Assembly: GCA_951406725.2 (NCBI GenBank)
Contig: OX597824.1
Span: forward strand, 5,022,001 to 5,086,000
Direction: 5' to 3'
From: Octopus vulgaris
Lineage: Eukaryota
Length of the DNA stretch: 64,000 nt
Made by a program: the position numbers and the translations under genes. Positions 1 to 13,059 of this stretch are shown here, in pieces. The notes below the pieces were generated by a model, which saw only the letters and a list, made by a program, of their open reading frames with translations, made no database searches and had not been told where the DNA came from. Each line of letters starts with the position of its first letter. The first letter of the stretch is position 1.

Positions 1-835
1 GACTTCGGTGGAATTTGAACTCAGAATGTGACGGCATTCTAAATACCTATTTCTTTACTACCCACAAGGGGCTAAACGCAGAGAGGACAAACAAGGACAG
101 ACAAATGGATCAAGTCGATTATATCGACCCCAGTGCGCAACTGGTACTTATTTAATCGACCTCCGAAAGGATGAAAGGCAAAGTCGACTTCGGTGGAATT
201 TGAACTCAGAATGTGACGGCAGACTAAATACCTATTTCTTTACTACCCACAAGGGGCTAAACACAGAGAGGACAAACAAGGACAGACAAATGGATTAAGT
301 CGATTATATCGACCCCAGTGAATAACTGGTCCTTAATTTATCGACCTCCGAAAGGATGAAAGGCAAAGTCGACTTCGGTGGAATTTGAACTCAGAATGTG
401 ACGGCATTCTAAATACCTATTTCTTTACTACCCACAAGGGGCTAAACGCAGAGAGGACAAACAAGGACAGACAAATGGATCAAGTCGATTATATCGACCC
501 CAGTGCGCAACTGGTACTTATTTAATCGACCTCCGAAAGGATGAAAGGCAAAGTCGACTTCGGTGGAATTTGAACTCAGAATGTAACGGCATTCTAAATA
601 CCTATTTCTTTACTACCCACAAGGGGCTAAACGCAGAGAGGACAAACAAGGACAGACAAACGGATCAAGTCGATTATATTGACCCCAGTGAATAACTGGT
701 CCTTAATTTATCGACCCCAAAAGGATGAAAGGCAAAGTCGACCTCGGCGGAATTTGAACTCAGAATGTAGCGGCAGACAAAATACCGCTAAGCATTTCGC
801 CTGGCGTGCTAACGGTTCTGCCAGCTCGACGCCTT
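1..835 (-). mobile_element. Tandem array (about 4 x 185 bp) of tRNA-derived SINE family A (Meta-domain-like), head at the right end
   Basis: Unit repeats at 1, 186, 371 and 556. The minus strand has a B-box (GAGTTCAAATTCC) and the GCCTTTCATCCTTT..GGTCGAT..AAGTACCAG core. One A-box head at about 780-835. Confidence 0.9.
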
Positions 836-872
836 TCTATCACAATATTTGTTATAGAATTACTCCTGTACA

Positions 873-1660
873 TTCAGGCATTTGGGACAGTATTGCTGCT
901 GCTGCTGCTATACATCTAGGATGATGGTGTTATCAGGGTACATACAGTTATCTGGGACAGTGCTGCTATTACGCACACAGGTATCTGGGATGGCACTGCT
1001 GTTACCCAAACAGGTATCTGGAATGATGTTACTGCAATACTCACAGGTATTTGGAACAGTGCTGCCGGAACACGTTCAGGGAGGTGTTATTGCTATAGCT
1101 ACAGGTATCTTGGACAGTTCTGATTCTATAGATTCAAATATCTGGGATGGTACTGTTGTTAAATTGCCAGGTATCTGGGATGATGCTACTACGATACACA
1201 CAAGCATCTGGGATGGTGCTGCTACTATAGACACAGATACTTGGGATGGTACTGTTGTTACACACTCAGGTAGGGTGGTACTGCAGCCAATACATACAAG
1301 GGTCTGGCGGCAGGCAGTACAGCTGCTGCACATCTTCGACAGCATCATCATCATCATCATCATCATTCGACCATGGTCGAGACAATAGAATTTACCATGC
1401 TACGCCAGACTTCACGGTCCATCATGGCATTACGGAGGTCCTGTTGCTGGATGCCTGTATCCCTGGAGATTACATCAGGGTAGGAGAGTGTGCGCCCTCT
1501 GGTATTGCAAGTAGATGGCTTCCAGAGGAGAAGAGTAGAAATTACCTCTTTTTCAGCTCTGCAACAATGTCCAGCAAACTAGACTCTCTTACCTTTCACA
1601 AGCGCTGTGTTATGCACACAGGCGTCTGGGATAGTGTTGCTGCTGCACACCCTAGCATCC
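873..1660. repeat. Degenerate 33-bp minisatellite, interrupted by an RTE fragment
   Basis: CAGGTATCTGGGATGGTRCTGYTRCTAYACACA-like units recur every 33 bp or so from 873 to 1330 and resume near 1610. Confidence 0.8.
1343..1607 (-). mobile_element. 3' fragment of an RTE-clade LINE with (GAT)n tail
   Basis: Minus strand reads KRV*FAGHCCRAEKEVISTLLLWKPS...RTLSYPDVISRDTG...AMMDREVWRSMV, a typical RTE ORF2 C-terminus, then stop and (GAT)n. Confidence 0.85.
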
Positions 1661-1983
1661 TTGAATGCATCCAAACACACTCATCAAAACCCCATTTGTT
1701 GGCCCTCAGATGCTCTGTCTCTTCATTCTGCTTTTTCTATGACCATCACTAGTGTAGCTAGCATGTGTGCTGCCCAAGGTGGCCCTTCAGTTTGCTGCCC
1801 ACTGGGCTCCATGCAAAAATACATATTGCCCACAGCAAACCAAAATGTGGTGCTGTCCCCATAAAAGTGCCGTCTGGGGCGGATTCCCAACTACCCTCAT
1901 ATTCTCCTCCATTTTATCTCCCATATCTTGTTCTACCCAAGTGTCCAAAACAAGTATACTCAGCATGTACTTTAGCATATACT

Positions 1984-2322
1984 GCATGGCACCTTTGGCA
2001 AGTGTCTTCTACTATAGCCTTGGGCTGACCAAAGCCTTGTGAGTGGATTTGGTAGACGGAAACTGAAAGAACCCCGTCGTATATGTGTGTGTGTGTGTGT
2101 ATATGTGTGTGTTTGTGTGTCAGTGTTTGTCCCCCCAACATCACTTGACAACCAATGCTGGTGTGTTTGTGTCCCCGTAACTTAGCGGTTCAGCAAAAGA
2201 GACCGATAGAATAAGTACTAAGCTTACAAAGAATAAGTCCTGGGGTCGATTTGCTTGACTAAAGGTGGTGCTCCAGCATGGCCGCAGTGAAATGACTGAA
2301 ACAAGTAAAAGAGCAAAAGGAG
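1984..2322 (+). mobile_element. SINE family B (CORE-like), 5'-truncated
   Basis: CACCTTTGGCAAGTG core, internal (TG)n and GCTCCAGCATGGCCGCAG..ATGACTGAAACAAGTAAAAGAG tail shared with more than 12 copies in the window. Confidence 0.9.
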
Positions 2323-2558
2323 TATTGTTAAGGAAGGCTTAAGAGGAGGGAAGTGAAAAGTAGCAGGAGGAGGGGGGGGTAGTGAGAGAGAGAGAGAGAG
2401 AGAGAGTGATATGACAGTGGGGAAGGTTGAGCAGGAGGGGATATAGTGCTACCCCACATTATACATGAGTGGGTAAAGTGGTGTGTGAAGGAAAGATTGG
2501 GTGGAAGTGGGTAATAGGAGGGGGAAGGACAAGACGAAGGGAAAGAACGTGTCAGATT

Positions 2559-2611
<53 letters not shown>

Positions 2612-2929
2612 AAGAGAGAAAGAGAGAGAGAGTGAGAGAAATTGATAAGGGCAAAGAAAAGAAAGGATGAGAGGGTTGAGTAGGAGAAGATGCAGTACCA
2701 CCCTACTTTTTATGGGTCAGTTGAGTGATGCAGGCAAGAAATCGGTATTGATGTTGAAGGCTTTGATATATTCAAATTAATGTGTCCAAAAGAACATGAT
2801 GACCAGAGAGTGAGGGAGGGTTGTCAACATGCAATCCCACCCCACTCAAGCATCATGACCCATGATTCAAGAGGAAGGACTCATGAGACAATGTAAGGCC
2901 TCATGATTCAGGAGAAAGCAGGATATTAT

Positions 2930-3490
2930 TGAGTGAGAGAGCAGTGCATGCCATCAAAATGACACTGGGCTAAAATATACAAAGCCCAGTGTACCTTTCA
3001 TGACTACCCGTCTGATAAGGGTACACCAGGCACATGCATCACAACCATGTGTGCATGACACAGTAATTTCATATCAAGATAAACAGCACATGACTTTGCA
3101 GATAAGGCCCAGTTAGAATTTTCTTCAGGCCGTGTAGCCCATCCCACTCAAAAGGTCCCTGAATAAGGTTTGTTTAAGGATGTTGAACGAACTACCCCTG
3201 TTTCCAGAGGTGAATTATTCAAACCCCAAAGAATCCCTCTCAACACATGGCTATGATGATTCCCCACTACTTCTGCTCATGATTAGAGATGCGCATGTCA
3301 TCAGCTACTAAGGCACATGCTCAACTGGTTAAGATCAGACAACTGAGAAGCAAATCTATGTTATTGAGCAGAATATTTGCTATAGCCCATCTTTTATACC
3401 AAGACAAAACAATGTACATGATAACACTTCCAATTAGTTAAGATCAGAAGCCATAACAGCCACTGCCTGGTACTGCATCAAGGCATTTAT
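2930..3490 (-). mobile_element. About 560-bp putative non-autonomous non-LTR element in (ATT)n context, possibly R4/Dong-related
   Basis: Non-coding block bounded by ATT repeats, ending CTCTCTCACTC-AATAAT on the minus strand, with an internal hairpin ACACTGGGCT..AGCCCAGTGT. Clade assignment is inference. Confidence 0.5.
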
Positions 3491-3699
3491 TATTGTTGTT
3501 GTTGTTGTAATTAATATTATTATTCCACGAGTAACCTTTCGAAGCGCCTCCCCCTATTAGGAGTTTTATTTGTTATATTTTTCGCTGTTATTTTAATGTT
3601 TTCACAGACCTTTCTATCGGACAAAACCCTTTGTACTTTTCCTCCTGTGTTTGTCCTTACATGTTTTTTGTTAGCCCTTGTGGCCAATAAAACCATAAT

Positions 3700-3875
<176 letters not shown>

Positions 3876-4480
3876 TCCATCGAAATAAAACAAGGTTTCG
3901 TCTGTCAAGCAGTGTGGGCTACAACCAGACTTTATAGATTGTGGGGGTGAATCAGCCTGAAGAGGAGTGTCTGTGAAGACATGATTGTCTTGTTTCTCAT
4001 CTCATGCACTTATTAACTCAGATTCTAAACTTACCATAATTTTCACAGTAAGACCAACGCATATATTTATTTCTTCATTACTAAGTGCCTTGATACTCTG
4101 GCAATCAAGAGGTTTGTCTGCCAAGCAAGAATTCTCTGACCTACTTCCATTTTTTTTTAAACTTTTTTTTTGTTTTCTTTTTTCATAAACCAGACTATAT
4201 ACTAATTTGTTGTTGTTGTTGTTGTTGCTGCTGCTGCTGCTGGAACAGCTTAATACAGGTCTGCCTTGATCGATCAGCTTCATGATCAAAGGATTTCTAG
4301 CTTTGATTATTCCTTGTATTGTTTAGACTGCATGTAAAGGGCAATTTATATGTATGCATTAGTTTTCTAATTTACAAGATAGTAAAGTATGATTAGAAGG
4401 AGATTTGACTGCTATTTTTAGCAGCTTGAGTGACTGTGTATATGGTCCCATGATTGGTTTGTATGTATATATATATATAT

Positions 4481-4605
4481 AAATATGAATTAGAGATAAA
4501 ACCACAATTATGCAACTCAAACAGTGATAGACATAAACCAATACATAATTAACAAATAATATAAAAATAATTAATATAATATATAATATATATATATATA
4601 TATAA

Positions 4606-4642
<37 letters not shown>

Positions 4643-4659
4643 TATATATATATTAATAT

Positions 4660-4717
<58 letters not shown>

Positions 4718-4930
4718 TAATATATATATATTATATATATATTATATGTATATTATATATTATATTGATTATATTTATATTATTTGTTATTTATCACTGT
4801 TTGAATTGCATAATAGTGGTTTTATCTCTAATTCATATTTTATATATTTATACTGTGAATTTTGATTTAATACTAAATCAAATTTTTCCCTGTAAGTTTG
4901 GAGCTATACTCCCTAATATTATTATTATCA
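4481..4930. mobile_element. Penelope-like terminal segment with a 49-bp inverted repeat around (TA)n
   Basis: 4481-4529 is the near-perfect reverse complement of 4792-4840. The right part recurs at 50801-50930, also in (TA)n. Confidence 0.55.
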
Positions 4931-5008
4931 TATATATATAGTTATGTGTTGAAAAAAGTGTTTAGTATGCTTGTCTCTGTGGTGCATCACTTGCTGGTCT
5001 TCCAGTGT

Positions 5009-5248
5009 TTATGATATATAAGCTACTTGGTTCAGGTTATTGTTGATGTTGATGTTGATGTCATGTATTCGGTATTCCTTCAGATATCGTTGAAAGTATA
5101 AACCATTCATATAAAAGCTAGGTGCTTTCTTCAGCTGCTTGTTCACATTCATACACTTGCAGATAATGACACCATTGTAATCTCTTTTGCCAGTCTCCTC
5201 AACATTACATGAGCTACAGCAATCTCTGGAGTTCAGATTTGTATCTTT
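5009..5248 (-). CDS. Candidate terminal exon or chance ORF, 79 aa (KDTNLNSRDCCSSCNVEE...QVAYIS*)
   Basis: Stop-free frame beginning right after a minus-strand acceptor (cctttatctcttatctag). No recognisable family. Confidence 0.2.
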   Translation of the reverse strand, partial: KDTNLNSRDCCSSCNVEETGKRDYNGVIICKCMNVNKQLKKAPSFYMNGLYFQRYLKEYRIHDINININNNLNQVAYIS

Positions 5249-5559
5249 CTAGATAAGAGATAAAGGCCAGAAGGAACTCAGAAACTGTTACAAGTCAGAA
5301 GTGACTCTTTAACCCTGATACAAGCTACCTCTCCATTACTGGCAAAGCACTAAAATGCACTCGGTCAGTTTATGTTGTAGAAAGGTCAGTGATAGGAAAA
5401 ACACCCATTCATAAAAAAAGAAAACAAACCCTATCTATCAAGCAAAAAAAAAAACGGGTGAGATATGGACTCTAAAAGTTGCAGAGTCCAAATCACAGGC
5501 AATCCATCTAAGACTGTTTTAAGCCTGAATGAAAACCGTTATTGAAAAGAGGGGATTCT

Positions 5560-6044
5560 TTAACCCTTTCACTACTGTATTTATTTCGAGATGCTCTGTG
5601 TTTCTTTCAATTAATTTTAAATATAACAACGAATTTAGTAAAAGAACTTGGTTATCATTAAGCTAGTGTTAGGAACATAAATTGTGATGAAGGTTTGGTG
5701 GAAGAATTTAATTCAGAACTTTTGAAAACAAGACATGTGTATTACGGACCAGAGGTGGTTCCAGGTAGGTTGGTAACAAAAGGGTTAAGAATTGTTTCTC
5801 TATTACGTATTTTTAAGCCTTTTGTTACCATATTTCTGTTTGAGATGTTCTGTGTTTCTTGCAATTAATTTGAAATATAACAAAGAATTTAGTAAAATAA
5901 CTTTAGTTATCATTCAGTTAGTGTTAGGAACATAAATTGTAATTAAGGTTCGGTGGAAGATTTTAATTCAAAACTTATGAAAACAAGACATTTGTCCTAC
6001 AGAGACAGAGGAGGTTTCAGGCAGTTTGGTAATGAAAGGGTTAA
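5560..6044. mobile_element. Two adjacent piggyBac-like MITEs (5560-5788 and 5813-6044)
   Basis: TTAA-CCCTTT...AAAGGG-TTAA termini (left end of the second copy is decayed) and mutually homologous interiors. Confidence 0.85.
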
Positions 6045-6664
6045 ATCTAGCAGACAACTATTCTAGTACCATTGGCATGATAAAATGCATTGAGTCCATT
6101 CTTTAAAATGGTCAGAGATTGAAACAGCTTCTAGTTGTTAAAACCATATAGGACATAAACAAACCAATACTGATTCTCAATCCAGCAGTAAATACCACAC
6201 ACACACACACACACATTTATAATTCATTACAAAAAGCTTGGCTTCTTACAGTTTCCATCTAACAAATTCACTCACCAAGCTTTTGTTGGTTCAGGGCAAT
6301 TTTAGAACCCACGTGCCGAAGGTGCCAAACAGTGGGACTGAACACAGCACCACATGGTTATGAGGCAAACATCAAAACAACACAGCCATGCCTGCCTCTA
6401 AGCTCTCAGTCCTACCTGCACTTAAATAGCGGAAGTTTTAAGTTTAAATGAAAGCTTTATAAAACGGAATATAGGAAAAACAACAATTTCAGGTGGGTTG
6501 GTCATGAAAGAGTTGTTTAATACTGCAAACCTTGCAAATGAACATTGCTTCATGCAAAATATTTCATCTGAGGAAGTTCCTTTCTGAGGCTAAATTGAGT
6601 GGGGGAGTAGTCATTGATTATCAGAAGCAATCATTAGGAGCTGTCTGTATTGTCATAAATCGAT

Positions 6665-6669
6665 CATGA

Positions 6670-6712
<43 letters not shown>

Positions 6713-6844
6713 TATAAATATATATATATGTATATATATACACACACACATATATACATACATACTTATATATAGATATATATGTATATATATGTATGTA
6801 TATATATATATATATATATAAACACATACACACACATATATGTG

Positions 6845-6875
<31 letters not shown>

Positions 6876-6890
6876 ATATTATATATACAT
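6665..6890. repeat. (TA)n/(CA)n/(TG)n compound microsatellite
   Basis: Directly visible. Confidence 0.95.
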
Positions 6891-7018
6891 CAAATCATGG
6901 TATGTTGGTGTGCCAGTACTTCGCTTCCATAATAGTTTTGACTTGTTGCCAAAAACATTTATATGTGGTTAGACAAGAGTATTGCCAAGGCATCAATATG
7001 CTCCCTCTCTCATCCTCT

Positions 7019-7058
<40 letters not shown>

Positions 7059-7548
7059 CTCTGTCCCTCCATCTCCCTCTGTCTCTGACTCCCACACAGA
7101 TACACATAAACACACATGCAGAGGGAGTCAAAACAGAAGCACGAAAACAAGCAAACCAGGCCGTTATACACCTGTGCGTTTATACATGTGAGACTGAGAT
7201 TGAAAGAGAAAAAAAGTTTGCGTGTGTGTATGTGAGAGTGTGTATTTGTGTGTGTGTGTGTGTGTGTCTGTATGAATGTGTAGATTACAGGTGCTTCAAC
7301 AGGAGTTTTTTTTCTTCTTTCTTTAATTAATCCAACAACAAAGCCGTAGAGCTGCTGCCGTGGCCTCTGTGTCTGCCTCCAGTGTTAAGTCAGCCAACAA
7401 CAATTCCACAGTGGAGGATGAGGATGAGGATGAGTTATTATTCCATACTTATTTACACTCACTTGACCAGTATAGGTGTACAAGTTTAAAGTACACACAC
7501 ACACACACACATGTATGTGTGTATGTGTACATATATATATATATATAT

Positions 7549-7692
7549 AACTTAGAATAACTTACAAAGGTTTTGGCCAGTATTGGCCCAGGCCATGTCT
7601 AACTTAATAGCACCACCTGGCGAAGTCTTTCAGTTCAGGATTTGGGCACCAAGGCCCATTCGAGCAGAGAGTTATTGTTTGCGGAGACAATA
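7549..7692 (-). mobile_element. Extreme 3' end of a CR1-like LINE
   Basis: Homologous to 10411-10520; encodes ..SANNNSLLEW.. followed by a short 3' UTR. Confidence 0.75.
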
Positions 7693-8017
7693 TAATATAT
7701 ATGTATATATAATATAGATATATATTTATATATGTGTATTTATGTATATACATATATATATGTCTATACACATAAGTATGTATATACACACACATATATA
7801 TACATATATATATTTACATACATATATATATAAATATATATACATATGTATACACACACACATGTATGTGTATATGTGTACATATACATATACACATATA
7901 TATATGTACATATATATATAATATATATATATATTTATATATACATGTGTATATATGTATATACACATATATACACATATATATACATATATATATTTAC
8001 ATACAAATATATATGTG

Positions 8018-8053
<36 letters not shown>

Positions 8054-8065
8054 CATACACATATT
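7693..8065. repeat. (TA)n/(CA)n compound microsatellite
   Basis: Directly visible. Confidence 0.95.
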
Positions 8066-8079
8066 ATAGACTCTTCCAT

Positions 8080-8362
8080 CATTAACCAACAGATGAGAGT
8101 TTTGCAATTCCATGCTGAACAACCTGTGCAGATGCTTTTTGTTTATGGAGATCAAATGTTTGTGTTGCACATAAGCTCATTCCCTACATCAAATCGTCAT
8201 TACCTCTCCAGGTGCATGATGCACCACACATCACACTGAAATGACCACAAAGCAACATGTTTTGCTCAAGAACGCGACACACCATCCACTCCAATACAGG
8301 TATTGAACTGATGATCTAGTGATCATGAGGCCAACACCCAAACCACAAGGCCATGTGCCTTG
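8080..8362 (-). mobile_element. Old tRNA-headed SINE (family D head)
   Basis: Minus strand AAGGCACATGGCCTTGTGGTTTGGGTGTTGG..GTTCAATACC..TTCTTGAGCAAAACA matches the head at 63289. Confidence 0.6.
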
Positions 8363-8385
8363 ACCCTCTCCCTCCCTCTCTCTCA

Positions 8386-8442
<57 letters not shown>

Positions 8443-10410
8443 CGTTTGATAAACCTAGAATTTAAGTGTGGGCTACTCTAAGTTTCATGCTATGATGGTA
8501 CACTAGTTGAATAAGTTTACACAACATGTCACATACTATCTTGCAGTCTTTCAGACCCAAAATAAAACAAGGCTGAGAAGGACTGTACATGGCATGTTAC
8601 ATAAGCTTGTCTGACAATTGTACATTCAGAGCATGAAACCTATAGTAGCTTGGATTTAAATCTCAGGCTTACTAAATGATATCTATCTCTCTTTGGATGG
8701 AATTCTCTTTTTGTTGATCCCACTGATAATGGAATAGTACACTATGCATATACATGTGTGTGAGTTTGTAACTATTAAAAGCTTCACTATAAATAGGTTT
8801 CTATTTCTATAATTTTTGATCAAGTTTTTCCAGACTCTACGGATTTTATGAGAGGAAGGAAATACCTTCCGTTAAATCCTTTCTTATTCCAGTATTTAGA
8901 TTATATTAATATTAACCGCTTTTTCTTGTTTATACCAACAAAGTAGGATAATGTTGTTAGGGTGTGTGCAGTTGCTGTGACACAGCTAGAAAATTGGATA
9001 GTTTATGGAAATTTTACTGGTTTGTATCTCTTGTACTGTGGCCATGTCTAAGTCTGGTCACTCGTGTTGGCTCACCGCAAGAACTAAAAATAAACAGTTA
9101 GTGCTTACATACTTAATGCAATGAGTCAAGAAATATTAATATTAATAAATGTTAATTAATTAAAATTAATTAATTCAAGACAAGAAGAAAAATATTCTCT
9201 TAATGACTAATTCAGCTCAAGAAATCCAGGGGAAGTAACTCTGAAATTTAAATTCATTAACATTAATAAAATGCTTAGTATGGACATGCAGAGAAAGATG
9301 AGTTTGATCATATGATAACTCCTGTTGTGCTTCAGTCTTATTACACCTCATTAGTAAAGTACAGTATTTCCAGTTCTGATAGACTGTAAGATGACTGTGC
9401 AATCCATTGTGTTAGTGAATAAACATTGATATCACAACTTTGCAATGGGCTACTATAGTTTTGTTGATGAGTGTGTTATTGTTTCTTCATTATCCACACA
9501 TGAATATCATCATGTCTAACAATTGAAGTACAGAGCCAGAAGTTCAGACTTTAAAGTGTTCCTGAGTTCATAAAAAGCAAATATTTAAATATTTAAATAT
9601 TTGAATTTTAAAATATTCTGTCAAATATATAGTGCTAGCAATCGTTCAGACTAGTAGACTGACTAGAGTATTGATTAACATCATTTTAAATTGGCTAAAT
9701 GAAATCAGTTCATTGGGAAATCCCTTTTTATTTTCTGAATCAATGAACAATGAAGCTAATACTTCATATACTAAAAGATGTGAACTATATCCCCTTTACT
9801 TTATCTCTACCCATCAAATCAAATGTAGGTTTGTTTTTATTCCCAGATTTACATATGGTTTCATTCTAGTGATACATGTATAATTTTGAAAGGTTTTACA
9901 ATAGAAACAGTACACACTATGTATCAATCATTGGTTTTCTCAAAACTTATATGCATTCATTAGGATAATTTCTATCTCTATTCTGTTCTAAAAACTCAAT
10001 GGGATGGGCTTTTTTTTTTCCTCATACAGCTCTGCATGCAATTTCTGCTAACCCCTCTCAGTCTTTCCTTCCTTTATCATTAATAAAATTGTTACAATGT
10101 ATATTTACCCCTTTATCTATTTACTTTGGTGTACATAATGAATAGGGTTTAGAATAATTAGTGCTAGAAAAGGCATCATGCCATAGAAACCATGCCAAAG
10201 TAGACACTGGAGCTTAGCATTGTTCTCTGGCTTGCCAGTCCCTATAAGCATCCAACCCTTGCTGGTGGGAAAAATGGATGTGAAATGATGATGATGTTCC
10301 CCCTCTGGCCTGTGAGATCTAATTTATACTTCAATCTGGCCTGCAAAGCCAAACAAGTTTAACATGCTTGGACTAAGTACCCATAGTAAATTTCATAATT
10401 CCTTTGTATA

Positions 10411-11215
10411 TAACTTAGATAACCCTAGGTTGGTTTTGGGGCATTATTGGCCCAGGCCATGACTAACTCAATAGCACTGCCTGGACCATTCAAGCAGAGA
10501 GTTATTGTTGGTTGAGACATATGCAGGTGGAGGTGGTTTATCTGGAATTTCCTGGAGGAATTTGTCCAGGTACTGTTTGAAAGTTGTGGGGTCTTTTTCT
10601 ACTTTAATTTCTTTCGGGATAACATTGAAAAGAGCAGGGCCATCTGCCGTGAAGAAATTGTGTTGCAATGTTCTTATGTGATGTGATCTCGACCTTTGTA
10701 GGGGACGCATTGCATGGAAGCCTAGTCCTGGGTGAATTGTAATCATAATACTGATATAGCTTGCTTACCAACCACATGGTTCCGAGTTCAGTCCCACTGT
10801 GTGACACCTTGGGCAAGTGTCTTCTACTATAGCCTCGGGCCGACCAAAGCCTTGTGAGTGGATTTGGTAGACAGAAACTGAAAGAAGTCTGTCGTATATA
10901 TATATATATGTTTGTGTGTCTGTGTTTGTCTGCCCAACATCGCTTGACAACCGATGCTGGTGTGTTTATGTCCCTGTCACTTAGCGGTTCGGCAGGAGAC
11001 ACCGATAGAATAAGTCCTAGGATCGATTTGCTCATCTAAAGGTGGTGCTCCAGCATGGCCACAGTCAAATGACTGAAACAGATAAAAAAGAACATCATTT
11101 GGATAATATTTGTGGAATATTTTCCACATGGTGCAAATACTGTATTGCTCATGGCAGCATCGCAGAGAATAGAGTTTCAGCTGTTTAAGTCTGAGCCCAA
11201 TAATCAAGTCCCATC
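10411..11215 (-). mobile_element. 3' fragment of a CR1-like LINE ORF2, split by a SINE B copy
   Basis: LKQLKLYSL..YSICTMWKI..PND (11095-11200) continues as NFFTADGPALFNVIPKEI..FKQYLDKFLQEIPDKP..NSLLEW (10468-10746). Confidence 0.85.
10757..11091 (+). mobile_element. SINE family B inserted in the CR1-like LINE
   Basis: B-box GAGTTCAGTCCC, CACCTTGGGCAAGTG core and family tail. Confidence 0.92.
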
Positions 11216-11250
11216 CTGCTGTTTATTATTTTTTAGTGATATATATAATA

Positions 11251-11487
11251 TACCTATTTCTTTACTATCCACAAGGGGCTAAACACAGAGGGGACAAACA
11301 AGGACAGACACATGGATTAAGTCTATTACATCGACCCCAGTGCGTAACTCGTACTTAATTTATCGACCCCAAAAGGATGAAAGGCAAAGTCAACCTCGGT
11401 AGAATTTGAACTCAGAATGTAACGGCAGACAAAATACAGCTACGCATTTCACCTGGTTTGCTAATGATCCTGCCAGCTTGCTGCCTT
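11251..11487 (-). mobile_element. SINE family A monomer
   Basis: Full-length homology to the 1-835 units, with CpG decay. Confidence 0.92.
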
Positions 11488-12146
11488 TATATATATAATA
11501 TACCTTTAATATTGATGTGGGGTTGTAATGCAGCCCGAACAGCTATGCGATACGTGCATAAGGTACAATTGGCTGAAACTGATATCCTAAATTAAGCAAT
11601 CAAACATGCTAAAAATAGGAGCTTGCTATCACTCATTTTAGTGACAGAGAAACTCTTACAACACTAGTTTGCAACTTTCCCATACAGTGTTTGACACAGC
11701 CTTGGCTGACAGGGTGTCAGTCAGCAAAACAGGGTTCAATCCAGCTCTCACCTTTCATTCTCACCTCTCATCTGTTTTGTCTGCCTGCCTGCCTGTCTGT
11801 CTGTCTGTCTGACTCCCTCTCCCTTCCTCCCCCTCTCTCATTCTCCTTCTCCCTTTTTCATTTGTGTTACCTTTGTATGAATTCTCAATGCTTTCTTTAA
11901 CTAAAATATTTTAACTTTGAGAACTTTTCTAAATATTATTGAAAAATATTAATACTACGTGTACAGAATAAAAGTTTTCATATAAAAAAAAAAATTAGGG
12001 GTGAAAGCCTTCTCATGTATTACTACTAAGCTAACACCTATTTCTAACTGTAATTTAACCTTACAGCTAAATTAAATTCAAATAGGTTCATCGTTATCGT
12101 TGTCGTTATCATCATCATTACTACCATCATCATCATCATCACCACC

Positions 12147-12178
<32 letters not shown>

Positions 12179-12214
12179 TATCATCATCATTATCATCATC
12201 GTTTAACGTCTGCT

Positions 12215-12771
12215 CCAACTCTTTTTATTCACAATTGCTTGTTTAAAATTCGTTGGCAGGAGCTCCAGGACACACCAATCATATCAACAAGGTCATCAGT
12301 TCTTCAGTGATGGTCCTCCAAGATCAGTTCATGAATTTTCATGATGTTCTCAATTTGTCCAGGAGGTCGATGGTCATCCTGAACTAGGTTGGTCCTCAAG
12401 CAACAAGTGACCATTCCTAAAGCATGAAAACCAGTCATAAACTTGTGTTTTTTTGTTCATGGCAGTGTTCTTGTAAGCTGTTTGAAGTAAGACAACTGTT
12501 TCAGATACCATTTTCCCCACCAGAAAACAAACAGAATTTCATGGAAGCACGGTGTTCCTTGGTTTCAGCCATCGCAAAAATTGATGAGCAGGGGAGGAAA
12601 AGCACTGCAGAGCAAAGATACACCACATGGCAGTAGGACAACACCCGAGGGTGCCAGATGGCATACTGATGCCTGAGGGTCACATCAAGTGGCTTCTAGC
12701 GGCAGAAGCCTGAACTACAATGAGCTTGTCCCATAGAGAAAGTTTCCAGTTACTTTTGGGTACTCCTCATA
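12215..12771 (-). mobile_element. Mariner-type DNA transposon, decayed 5' part
   Basis: TA-anchored end TATGAGGAGTACCCAAAAGTAAC at 12771. Broken frames give EHRASMKFC, EDQPSSG(*)PSTS and ENIMKIHELILED, matching the mariner N-terminal HTH region. Confidence 0.8.
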
Positions 12772-12938
12772 CACATACACACACATATACAAACACACAC
12801 ACACATTTATTTATTATTTATTTTATCTAGTTTCAGCTCACGAGCTGTGGCCATGCTGGGGCACCACATATATATATATACATATACAAACATATATACA
12901 TATATATTTATATACATATACAAACATATATATTTATA

Positions 12939-12976
<38 letters not shown>

Positions 12977-13019
12977 AGTCCAACCCATGCTATCATGGAA
13001 AGCGGATGTTAAACGATGA

Positions 13020-13057
<38 letters not shown>

Positions 13058-13059
<2 letters not shown>

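Noticed and set aside
1076-1366. Poly-Met-initiated ORF
   Set aside because: The Met run is the (GAT)n tail of an RTE fragment.
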